Shown piece after piece: positions 49,428-59,030 of a DNA stretch of 64,000 nucleotides; the first letter of the stretch is position 1; each line of letters opens with the position of its first letter. The translations under genes and the position numbers were made by a program. The DNA lies in the NCBI GenBank assembly GCA_016839555.1, contig JAEOUA010000006.1, positions 96,001-160,000 on the forward strand, in the 5' to 3' direction. Source of the stretch: Promethearchaeota archaeon (GTDB taxonomy: Archaea > Asgardarchaeota > Lokiarchaeia > Sigyniarchaeales > SOKP01). The notes beneath the pieces were generated by a model that was not told where the DNA came from, searched no databases, and was given only the letters and a program-made list of their open reading frames with translations.

Positions 49428-52400
49428 AGATTTAATTGGAGAAATTAGAAAATTTAGCAAAGATGTTATAGACGTGAATGATTTTTATAGAATTAAAAAA
49501 TGGAACCAAGATCAATTAATAGAATATGTAGAAAATTATGACTTAAATAGAGAGGTCATAGATATATTCATAGAGTTTTTGGATTCGATTAATAAAAGGA
49601 TAAGTGATCCTACAAGAAAAGGATGCATTGATTTACAAGGCAATTTTGGTACTGGCAAATCACATATTTTTCTATTTTTTTCCTTATTATTAAGTGATAA
49701 CTATAATAATCAAATTAGGGATTTTGTTGATAAAAAAATAGAAGAAATAAAAAATAAAACCTTTAGAGAGAAATTGGAAAGATTTAAAGAACTAGAAAAT
49801 CAACCCATAGATGATTCCGATTTAACTGGAACATTATTTATTCCTATAAGGTTAACAGAATTTCGAGGAATGGAATTTGAAAAAATTATCGAATTAGCAG
49901 TAACAAAGTATATTTTAAAGACACCTGATACATTGATTTCTGAAATAAAAATTATTAAACATTTTTTTGAAACAAAGCAGAAAGATGTTTGTAATGAGTA
50001 TTTGGATCCAGAAGAATATGATAAATTCAAGCAAATTTATAATAAAATTGAAGAAGGCGAGGAAGTTAATTATAATATAATAATAAATTCAGCGCGCAAA
50101 ATAAATCAAGCTTTAGAAGATGCCATTAAAAGAACAACTGCTAAATCTGAAGATCCATTAGAAGATATATGTAAACATAAAAAATTAGGTAGAAAATATA
50201 AAAATATAATCTTTCTATTTGATGAATTAACTCAATGGTGGACAGATTCTACGGAAAATCTTTTAAAAATTTTACAAGGAGTTCTTGGAAAAATAAATCA
50301 ATGGCCTGTTAATGAGTTATATGATGATAAAAATGATCTAATTGAAAATAATAATATAATGGCTATTTTTGCTCATCAAAAAGAAATTTTTATTGGATCA
50401 ATAGGAAATACAGTTGAGAATAGATTTGAAAGAACTCTAACAATTAAGGGTGATTATATAGATAGTATTATATCTAAACGATTTTTCTATAAAGATCAAA
50501 TTAAAAAACAAGAAATTAAGAGAGTTGCAGAAAAACTATACGAAGATTTAAAACTTTTAGAAATTCCGGATGATATAATAAGAAAGATTTATTTAACAAA
50601 TCTATCTCCTAAAATTACAAAAATTAAAAATATTCAAGAAAAATTTGTTGCCAATATACAATCTTTCTATCCTTTTCATCCATATCTTTTTTCAACAATT
50701 ATGAAGCAAGTAATCAATAAATATTCAACTGAGGATAGAGGATTTTTAAACTTTGTCAATGATTGCTTCACAAAATACTCGACCCTATTAGAAAAAGAGG
50801 AAGATAATTTAATAAATATCGATAATTTTTTTGACATTTTTAATGAAATGAGACAATTATTCGTCAATAATGAAGATTTGGAAAATATCTATCATAGATT
50901 AGAAAAAGCAAGGAAAAAAAATAATCCGGAGGATATTTTTTCTGAAAAAGCTATTAAGACTTTAATTTTAAAATACCTAGGTGCCGTTGATCCTACGATA
51001 TCGGAAAAAGATTTAAGAGCAATATATATTATGAATGAGAAGCAATATAAAAAAATATTAGATTTTGTAGAATTTTGCATAATAGATGAAAATTTAAAGG
51101 ATATTAATTTTAATGACAATTATATTGAACTAACATTAAGTAGAACTGAACCAATTGATATATATATACAAAAAATAAAGAAACAAATTAATGAGGAACA
51201 TTGTTATAAATTTTTAAAAAAAAAACATGAAAATCTTAAACAAATAATAGATTTTTTACCTGAACAATCTAAAAATATAAGGCAAAAGAAATTAATTTTC
51301 TTTGAATATAATGATGAAATCGATACTTTAATTAAAATTATTCAAGATAAAAAAAATACAATAAATCCATTAACTGGAGAGTCTAATCAATATAAATTAA
51401 ATGTTTTAGATTTAATTTATTATTTTTTGCCTCCGAAACAAAAATTTCTTTCGGATCAATTCGATCCAAAAATAGAGATCATTAATAAAATTAAAAATGA
51501 AAACATAGCATTTATCATTTGTAAACCAATGAAGGAAATGATAAAATTTTCTAAATATAATGTAATTAGACAGAACATTAGCTTGAATATACTTAAGTGG
51601 ATATTTGATAATATTAATGAAATTAAAGAAAGAAATCCAGAAAATTTATATAAAGAATATTTTCAAGAGGAAAAAATTCCTGTGCCTAATTATTCTGAAA
51701 TCTCTGATGTAATTATTAATTTGTCAAATAAAAATCCCTCTATTATTGATAATCTTCAAATGCAGAATGATAATAAATTAAATGAATTAACGGAGTTAGA
51801 TAATTATGATCTAGAAGAATGGTATGATAATCACAAATGCTTTTATAAATTTGATGAAATTAAAGAGATTGTTTATAATGATTCAAATATAAAAATTATT
51901 GAAAATGAATTAGAATCATTTAAATACCCTAAATCTATAAAATTAAGTAAGCCAATAGCAGGTACAGAATCTGATAAGATATGGGATGCTTTGTTTAAAG
52001 AAAGAGAAGAGGTTGTTAAAACTGATTCAGCAAAATATAAACATTTAAAAATTGGTGTAGAAGATTTAAAATTATTAAAACTTAATAGAACGCATTTTTC
52101 CCTTCAAGAAGTATCAAAAATACACCCATCATATAAAAAATTCGAAAATTTTATTGATGAATTAGATAATAAAAAGGAAATTTTAGAATTTTGTTTTAAA
52201 TTTAGAATAAATGAATATGGAATGTCGATTTATCAAAGTATTTTAGGATTATTCTATTTCCATCAAAAAGGAAAAATCAAATTCTATGATAAAAATAATA
52301 ATGCTTTAAATACCCGTAGCAAATCTGGAAATAAACCCATATTTGGTTCTACAAATTATTTCTTAAGAAAATTAGTAGACCAAAATGGAAAATTTGGAAA

Positions 52401-52878
52401 AGTTGAAATAATCTCTCCAGAAAACTGGGAATTCATAATTAATAAATTAATTTCTTTTAGAGATACAAATATTGTAAAATTTGATGAAAATTATAATGAT
52501 GGATCTAAAATAGATTTAATCACTCTTAAAGAGAGTCAATCATTAGATAGAGAAAGAAAACTTTTTGAAATAATTCAAAATCATATTTCATTAGAAAATA
52601 TTGAAAGTTTAATAAATCAAATTACTGTATTTTTAGCGAAACTTGATTTAGAAAATAATGAAAGTGTTAAAAAAAAATTAAAATTGTTTCAACTTATGAA
52701 TATGTTTAATCAAATTAAAGAATTAAATGAAATTGAACATCTTTATGATTTTTTATCGAATAATGATAAAAAATTTAGTAAAGTTCTTGAAAAATATAAA
52801 ATCCTTAGAGACTTTTCTAAAGATAAATTAAATAAAATAGAAAATATAATAAATTTATGCCGAAATCTAAAAATATAG
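49414..52878 (+). CDS. brxC: BrxC/PglY-like large ATPase, N-terminal part
   Basis: GNFGTGKSH Walker A, FLFDEL Walker B, RF, YPFHP, R sensor motifs. Confidence 0.85.
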   Translation: MMKIKDLIGEIRKFSKDVIDVNDFYRIKKWNQDQLIEYVENYDLNREVIDIFIEFLDSINKRISDPTRKGCIDLQGNFGTGKSHIFLFFSLLLSDNYNNQIRDFVDKKIEEIKNKTFREKLERFKELENQPIDDSDLTGTLFIPIRLTEFRGMEFEKIIELAVTKYILKTPDTLISEIKIIKHFFETKQKDVCNEYLDPEEYDKFKQIYNKIEEGEEVNYNIIINSARKINQALEDAIKRTTAKSEDPLEDICKHKKLGRKYKNIIFLFDELTQWWTDSTENLLKILQGVLGKINQWPVNELYDDKNDLIENNNIMAIFAHQKEIFIGSIGNTVENRFERTLTIKGDYIDSIISKRFFYKDQIKKQEIKRVAEKLYEDLKLLEIPDDIIRKIYLTNLSPKITKIKNIQEKFVANIQSFYPFHPYLFSTIMKQVINKYSTEDRGFLNFVNDCFTKYSTLLEKEEDNLINIDNFFDIFNEMRQLFVNNEDLENIYHRLEKARKKNNPEDIFSEKAIKTLILKYLGAVDPTISEKDLRAIYIMNEKQYKKILDFVEFCIIDENLKDINFNDNYIELTLSRTEPIDIYIQKIKKQINEEHCYKFLKKKHENLKQIIDFLPEQSKNIRQKKLIFFEYNDEIDTLIKIIQDKKNTINPLTGESNQYKLNVLDLIYYFLPPKQKFLSDQFDPKIEIINKIKNENIAFIICKPMKEMIKFSKYNVIRQNISLNILKWIFDNINEIKERNPENLYKEYFQEEKIPVPNYSEISDVIINLSNKNPSIIDNLQMQNDNKLNELTELDNYDLEEWYDNHKCFYKFDEIKEIVYNDSNIKIIENELESFKYPKSIKLSKPIAGTESDKIWDALFKEREEVVKTDSAKYKHLKIGVEDLKLLKLNRTHFSLQEVSKIHPSYKKFENFIDELDNKKEILEFCFKFRINEYGMSIYQSILGLFYFHQKGKIKFYDKNNNALNTRSKSGNKPIFGSTNYFLRKLVDQNGKFGKVEIISPENWEFIINKLISFRDTNIVKFDENYNDGSKIDLITLKESQSLDRERKLFEIIQNHISLENIESLINQITVFLAKLDLENNESVKKKLKLFQLMNMFNQIKELNEIEHLYDFLSNNDKKFSKVLEKYKILRDFSKDKLNKIENIINLCRNLKI

Positions 52879-52885
52879 TGATTTT

Positions 52886-53692
52886 ATGAATCGAGAACAT
52901 TTATTAATATTAAAAGAAAATATATTATCTTTTTTAGAGAATGAAAATTTAGATTATTTCTGGGATGAGGAAAAGTATAATAAGATTTTAGAGGATTTTA
53001 ATCTGTTACAAAAAAATTTTATAAATTTATATACAGAAATACATAAAAAACGAAATAAAAAGTTAGAAGATCTTAGGGATAAACTAAAATCTAATATTAC
53101 TTGGAATTTTCTACGTGAATTAATTGAAAAAGATACTGAACTTAAAAAATATTTTAATAAAAAATATTCTATTGATAAAATATCCTCCCAATTAAAAAAT
53201 ATTTGCAGCAAAGAAGCGAATGAGTTAAATACTATTGATCTTAGGAATTATGGATTTTGTCAAGATTGTAAAAAGAGTATAGAAGAACTCAAAAACATTA
53301 TTAATTTCGATGAAGAAAAAATAAAGGAAGAATTTGAAAATAAAATAATAAAAATTATGGAATCTGAAAAAGATCAAGCAGTCTTTGGGAAAAAATTACT
53401 CGAAAAATACAACGATATAGAAGAGGTTACCAATAAAGTAAAAAAATTAAGTGATTTTTATGATAAGTTGAAAAAAGAAGAAAAAACGGATTTTCTTGAA
53501 ATATTAAAAAAATTATTGGGGGAAATGAAAATAAAAGTTATAAATATAGAAACAATAATAAATTCATTAAAAGATCGGAAAATTCAATTTCACAGTGTTG
53601 TAGAATTTTTAGATTCTTTTGAGGATGAATTTAATAAATATAAGAAAGAAAATTCAGACAAAAATATTGAATGGATTTTAAAAATAGAATAG
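52886..53692 (+). CDS. Probable C-terminal part of BrxC (coiled coil with a Cys cluster), in the +1 frame
   Basis: Y..IH, C..(x)..FCQDC pattern typical of BrxC C-termini; removing one A from the A5 run at 52869-52873 fuses it to brxC. Confidence 0.65.
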   Translation: MNREHLLILKENILSFLENENLDYFWDEEKYNKILEDFNLLQKNFINLYTEIHKKRNKKLEDLRDKLKSNITWNFLRELIEKDTELKKYFNKKYSIDKISSQLKNICSKEANELNTIDLRNYGFCQDCKKSIEELKNIINFDEEKIKEEFENKIIKIMESEKDQAVFGKKLLEKYNDIEEVTNKVKKLSDFYDKLKKEEKTDFLEILKKLLGEMKIKVINIETIINSLKDRKIQFHSVVEFLDSFEDEFNKYKKENSDKNIEWILKIE

Positions 53693-53699
53693 CAAAAAA

Positions 53700-56600
53700 A
53701 TGAATAATGAAGAAGAGTTTATTAGTTCAAGAATTATTAAGTCCTTAATTAATATTCGAAATAATAATATTTCGAATTATAAATCGTTTTATTTTTTAAT
53801 TGAAGATAAAAATGGATTTTTAGAAGAGATTGAGATTCCGAAAAAACTTAATTATTTTAATCGAGATTTTTCTATTTATAAGATAAATTATAAAAATAGA
53901 TTGGAAATAGATAAAAATAATTTATTTGAAGATATTATTAAAAATGGTTTTTGCATTATTTTATTTAAATATGGAAGAGAGAATCTAAAAAACAAATTTG
54001 AAGATTTAAATATTGATATATTAGATTTTTCAATTTTAAAATCGATTCTAGATCTATTAGATATAGAAGTGGATAAAAAATTAGAAAGTGAAATTAATAA
54101 ATATAGTCAAGATTTTGGTAAAAAAGAGTTTTTTAAGAATTATTATGAATCAATTCAATATTTTCTGAATAATTCACAAAAATTTGATATAATTGCAAAT
54201 AATAAGATAGACGATTTTTTTACTGCATTGATATTATTTTTTGGAAATAGATTTTTTTTTAGCAATTATTACAAAAAATTAATTGGAAAATTTAGATCCG
54301 ATTCAAATCGTAGAGTATTGTTCGAGACAGGAAAAGCTTATGAATTAATCGAACTAATTTTCAATTTGAAGGAAGATTATGATTCTCAACTTATTTCAAA
54401 TTGTTTTAAATTTATTAAAGAAACTAAAAATAAAGAATTCCAAGAAGTATTAAATATTGTTATACTTATTGTAAAAGATAAAAAAAATCATCAAAATTTT
54501 TTAAAACATATTTTTTTGATAAATTTATTTCAATTAAAATGTGGAAGAGGAACTTTTTCATTAAATCAGTCAGATTTAGATTTATTTAATAGAAAGTCAG
54601 ATTATACTTTGAATGAGATATTTGATACTATTAATCAATTTTGCACATTCAGTGATAATTATTTAGAATTATTATATAAACCAGAATTCAAAGATTTTTT
54701 AAAAAAAAAATACATAAAAGATTTTGAAAAAAGTTATGAAAAAAAAGACCCTAACTTTAAAAAAAAATTTCTTGATTCCATAACAAAAGAAAATCTATTT
54801 ATACCTCAAAATGAAATATTCCTTTTTGAAAAATCCTACAATAGATGGATTGATGTTTTATTTAATGTACTTTTTGATGATTTGATTAATGAAATTTATA
54901 AAAAAATTAAAATTAATGATTTCAATTTTGGAAATATTAGTAAAACTATAAAAGATTATCAACAAAATTTATCTTTGATGGAAAATTTCTATTATTATGA
55001 AAATCGCGATAAAACGATTATTAATAACTTACTTGATATAATGTTTTATTCGATATATATTTTTGAATCATTAAATAAAAATAAAAATAATACTCTAGAA
55101 TTTTGGATAAAAAGCAAAATTATAAACAATATTTTTAATATTGAACGTAAATATCGCGAAATTAGAAAAATCTTTGTTATGTTGGATAAAAAACATCCTT
55201 TTTATGATGTTTTAAATAGAAAATTTCATAAAAAAATACCAACATTAGATTTCATTGAATTTGTTATAAATTTTACACTAGATAAATTCTTCTCAGTAAT
55301 AAAAAAAAATTATTCTAGAGAATTATTAAATGAGCATAATAAAATAAATTTTACAAAGGATGTTTTCAGATCCTTAAATACGGATGATAAAAAGAAAAAT
55401 TTTATAGTAATTATAATTGATTGTTTGAGAATTGATTTTTGGGATTTAATTTGGAAAGATTTATTATATAAATTTAATCTAAAAAGTATTAAGAAAGAAA
55501 AAATATACTCCTTACTTCCATCGATTTCTAAAATAAGTAGAGAATCTATTTATTGTAATAACTTTGTTTCAAAAATTCTAACAGAAAATCAGATTATAGA
55601 GTGCTTAGAGCAATTTTTCAATGAAGATCAAATAAATATTATTAAATATTCAGGAGATAAAGAAATAATTGTTGGAGATTTGCAAGAAAAATTGAAAATA
55701 AATAAAAAATTAAATTTAGTTATTTCTACATTTCCAGATATTCGGATCCATAAAATTGAGAAAGTAAAAGAATTATATAATGAGAATAATTATAATCAAA
55801 TTAAAGATGAAATAAAAGATCATATTGAATCCATCTTTAGATCTATTTTTAATGAAATAAAAGAATTAGGTCCAAAAAAAGATGATTATGAAATATTTGT
55901 TACTTCCGACCATGGATTTATTGATTATTATAAAAAGTTAGATATTAATAATTTAAGATATCAAAATTTATCTGATGAAAATTTAAGAAAGAGATATATT
56001 AAAGTTAATGAAAAAATACATTTGAATAATGAAAAAATTAAAAATAATATTTATTATTTAGAAATCTTTAATGATAAGAAAGATAGTTATTATCTAACTC
56101 ATGGACGATATTATTTTTCAAAAGGCAAATCAAAATCCAAAACTATGCTAGGTCACGGAGGTATAAGTTTCTACGAAAATATCGTCCCATTTTACTCTTT
56201 TAAACCAATAAAAACAACCAGATCAAAATATAAACCAAACTTGATCTGGGATTCAAAAGATCTATATTTATCTTCTGAAAATCAATTATTATTTTCACTA
56301 ATAAATGAGGATCAAAATTATTCACTAAATATCAAATCTGTAAAAATATATAACAGTAATAATATATTAATTTTTAATAAAGAATTTTCAGAGGAAGAAG
56401 GTATATTACCATCTTTAGATACTTCTCAAAAATATAAATTTCATTATATGAGTAATAATGAAAGATTTGAATTAAAGTTTGAAATTCTTTATAGTTTTGT
56501 AAATTTTGAGGGTAATGAAACTGATACTGAACTTGAAGCGGGGTCCAAAAAATTTGATCAAATAATAGTAAAAAATCCAGAAGTTCAATTAGAACAAAAC

Positions 56601-56963
56601 TTAGATAATGATATAATAAAAGGAAAAACTTACAATTTTACAATTAGAATTAGAAATCCTAATCCATTCAAAATAAGTAATATAGATATATATTTAGAAG
56701 GATCTAATAATTCAAAGTTTAGAGTATATAAAAATGGAGAAGAAATTGAAAGAGTTAAATTCTCTATTTTAAATGCTAATGAAGAGAAATTTAAAAATAT
56801 CACAATAATTTTTTCTGAAAAATCAAAATTTAATTTTGAGCTAAAAGGAAATTTTAGCTTGCCAAATTTACAACGCAACAGATTTAAAGGAAGGAATTTA
56901 TTATCAATAGATGTTTTTGCTTCTGAAGATGACTTAAATCGTCAAAGAAGCTTCCACATATAA
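53700..56963 (+). CDS. pglZ: PglZ alkaline-phosphatase-superfamily protein with C-terminal beta-sandwich domains
   Basis: IIIDCLRID, LLPSISKISR, VTSDHGF, HGGISFYENIVP. Confidence 0.9.
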   Translation: MNNEEEFISSRIIKSLINIRNNNISNYKSFYFLIEDKNGFLEEIEIPKKLNYFNRDFSIYKINYKNRLEIDKNNLFEDIIKNGFCIILFKYGRENLKNKFEDLNIDILDFSILKSILDLLDIEVDKKLESEINKYSQDFGKKEFFKNYYESIQYFLNNSQKFDIIANNKIDDFFTALILFFGNRFFFSNYYKKLIGKFRSDSNRRVLFETGKAYELIELIFNLKEDYDSQLISNCFKFIKETKNKEFQEVLNIVILIVKDKKNHQNFLKHIFLINLFQLKCGRGTFSLNQSDLDLFNRKSDYTLNEIFDTINQFCTFSDNYLELLYKPEFKDFLKKKYIKDFEKSYEKKDPNFKKKFLDSITKENLFIPQNEIFLFEKSYNRWIDVLFNVLFDDLINEIYKKIKINDFNFGNISKTIKDYQQNLSLMENFYYYENRDKTIINNLLDIMFYSIYIFESLNKNKNNTLEFWIKSKIINNIFNIERKYREIRKIFVMLDKKHPFYDVLNRKFHKKIPTLDFIEFVINFTLDKFFSVIKKNYSRELLNEHNKINFTKDVFRSLNTDDKKKNFIVIIIDCLRIDFWDLIWKDLLYKFNLKSIKKEKIYSLLPSISKISRESIYCNNFVSKILTENQIIECLEQFFNEDQINIIKYSGDKEIIVGDLQEKLKINKKLNLVISTFPDIRIHKIEKVKELYNENNYNQIKDEIKDHIESIFRSIFNEIKELGPKKDDYEIFVTSDHGFIDYYKKLDINNLRYQNLSDENLRKRYIKVNEKIHLNNEKIKNNIYYLEIFNDKKDSYYLTHGRYYFSKGKSKSKTMLGHGGISFYENIVPFYSFKPIKTTRSKYKPNLIWDSKDLYLSSENQLLFSLINEDQNYSLNIKSVKIYNSNNILIFNKEFSEEEGILPSLDTSQKYKFHYMSNNERFELKFEILYSFVNFEGNETDTELEAGSKKFDQIIVKNPEVQLEQNLDNDIIKGKTYNFTIRIRNPNPFKISNIDIYLEGSNNSKFRVYKNGEEIERVKFSILNANEEKFKNITIIFSEKSKFNFELKGNFSLPNLQRNRFKGRNLLSIDVFASEDDLNRQRSFHI

Positions 56964-56978
56964 TTATTATTTTAAAAG

Positions 56979-58409
56979 ATGACTATGTCAGAATATGAAA
57001 ATAAATTAAAAAAAAATTATTCAAGTATAATAGTAAAAAAGAATTTAGCAAGTTCATTTCCCTCCGTACCTAGATTTGTTTCTGAATATTTAATAATGGG
57101 AATTATGAATGAGAATGGTAAAATAAGCTCGAAAGAACTAAAAAAAATATCAACATTTATAACAAAATATCGTCCTGATCCTAAAGATTATGAAGTATGG
57201 AAAAATGAGTTTTATAATTCTAATGAAAATAAATTATTAGATAATTATAGAGTGCAAATTGATTTATCTACTTCTCCTCCCACAAGAAAGTGTATTGTAC
57301 CTTTTCTAAGAAAAGAATCCCCAATTCAAATTAAAGATGAAATTGTTGATAACTATGAAAATATGCTACGAGAAGGAGTATGGGGGCTTGGAATAATTAA
57401 AAAAACCACTGAGAGAAAATCCTATTTTAAAACTGATTTAATATTAAATAATTTTGAACCCTTTGAATTAACACACTTTTCTTTTAATCAATATGTTCAA
57501 GGTTATGAGAAATTTTCTTTATCAGAATGGTTAAATCTCTTAATAAATACCATAGGACTTAATCCTGAATTCTATCCAGATTTTAATCAGAAATTATTAT
57601 TATTAAGCCGTTTGATACCTATTGTAGAACCAAATACAAATTTAATCGAATTAGGTCCTAAAGAAACAGGAAAATCGTATTTAATGGAAAATATATCACC
57701 TAATGTATATAATGTACAACCTTCAGATGTAACATTAGCAACTTTATTTTATAATATTCGGATCAAGCAAGTTGGTCTACTAGGAATTAAGGATGTTATT
57801 GTATTTGATGAGGTTATAGACGTTCCACTTAGATATGATTCTAAAGAGATTCCTGCTAAACTTAGAGGTTTTCTTTCAGATGGAAAATTTAAAAAAGGAA
57901 ATAAAGAAATTTATAGTAGATGTTCAATATTTTTAATGGGAAATATACTTTGCGACGAAAATTTAAAGCCATTAGATAATAAATATTTTTTATCTTTACC
58001 TGAGGATTGGCAAGATTCTGCAATGCTAGATAGATTTAGTGGATTTATTCATGGATGGGAACTTAAAAAATTAACAAATGCTGCATTTTCTAATAATTAT
58101 GGCTTTGCAGGAGACTATTTTCATAGGGTACTTTCAAAATTAAGAGAATTACCATTTAAAGTAAAAATTGAAAATAGAATTAAACTTAAGAATGGAAGCA
58201 AAGAAGCTTCACCTAGAAATAGAAGGGCAGTTTTTTCTATTACCAGTGGATTATTAAAATTAATAGCACCTAACGAAAAATATTCAATAGAAGAATTAAA
58301 AATAGCATTAGATTTTGCAATTAAGCTAAGAACACAAGTTTATCGTCAATTAAAATATATAGATGAAGAATATCGTAAAGATATTAATTTAAATTATAAA
58401 ATAGATTAA
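56979..58409 (+). CDS. brxL: BrxL AAA+ protein lacking the Lon protease domain
   Basis: PRFVSEYL, LIPIVE.N.NLIELGPKETGKS, VFDEV, DSAMLDRF..FI.GW; ends at 476 aa. Confidence 0.9.
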   Translation: MTMSEYENKLKKNYSSIIVKKNLASSFPSVPRFVSEYLIMGIMNENGKISSKELKKISTFITKYRPDPKDYEVWKNEFYNSNENKLLDNYRVQIDLSTSPPTRKCIVPFLRKESPIQIKDEIVDNYENMLREGVWGLGIIKKTTERKSYFKTDLILNNFEPFELTHFSFNQYVQGYEKFSLSEWLNLLINTIGLNPEFYPDFNQKLLLLSRLIPIVEPNTNLIELGPKETGKSYLMENISPNVYNVQPSDVTLATLFYNIRIKQVGLLGIKDVIVFDEVIDVPLRYDSKEIPAKLRGFLSDGKFKKGNKEIYSRCSIFLMGNILCDENLKPLDNKYFLSLPEDWQDSAMLDRFSGFIHGWELKKLTNAAFSNNYGFAGDYFHRVLSKLRELPFKVKIENRIKLKNGSKEASPRNRRAVFSITSGLLKLIAPNEKYSIEELKIALDFAIKLRTQVYRQLKYIDEEYRKDINLNYKID

Positions 58410-58423
58410 ATTAGAATTTTTAT

Positions 58424-59008
58424 ATGTTAGATAGGCCTCTATTTGTAGTGGATATGACTTTATATGAATTTTTATATATTTTAAATTTAATAAATGAAGT
58501 TATAAATGAATTTCCAAAAGAAGAAAGACAAAATCAATTAAAGAAAAAAATTTTTGATATGTTCGGAAAGATTCCAATTGATAAAGATAAGAGACCCAGA
58601 AGATTAACTACATCTAAAGATAAGATGGCGGGAAATTTTATGATTACAATAAATCAATTAAAATTACTTGATGATATTAAAAAATTTGAAAATTTGTTTG
58701 ATTTATATAAAACAAATAACAAAAAATTTATTAAAAAATTAAAGGAAATATTATTAATAGAAGGGAATTGGATTGATTATATAAACGCGTTAAAATTAAT
58801 TAATAAAAGAGGAATTTTTGATAACAAAAAGGAGTTTATAGATTTAGTGGCAAAAGAATTACATATAAAATATCCTGATATATCAGCTAAAGCACATAAA
58901 AAACAATTTATGTATATTAAAAGATGGTTAGAAGATAATAAACTTAAATTAATAGGTGAGTTTTCTGAAGACGGAATAAAAATTTATGAAAAAAATTTAG
59001 AATACTAA
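58424..59008 (+). CDS. Hypothetical protein, possible winged-helix DNA-binding protein
   Basis: 194 aa, mostly helical; last gene of the BREX operon. Confidence 0.6.
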   Translation: MLDRPLFVVDMTLYEFLYILNLINEVINEFPKEERQNQLKKKIFDMFGKIPIDKDKRPRRLTTSKDKMAGNFMITINQLKLLDDIKKFENLFDLYKTNNKKFIKKLKEILLIEGNWIDYINALKLINKRGIFDNKKEFIDLVAKELHIKYPDISAKAHKKQFMYIKRWLEDNKLKLIGEFSEDGIKIYEKNLEY

Positions 59009-59030
59009 TTTTATAAATTTTTATTTAATC

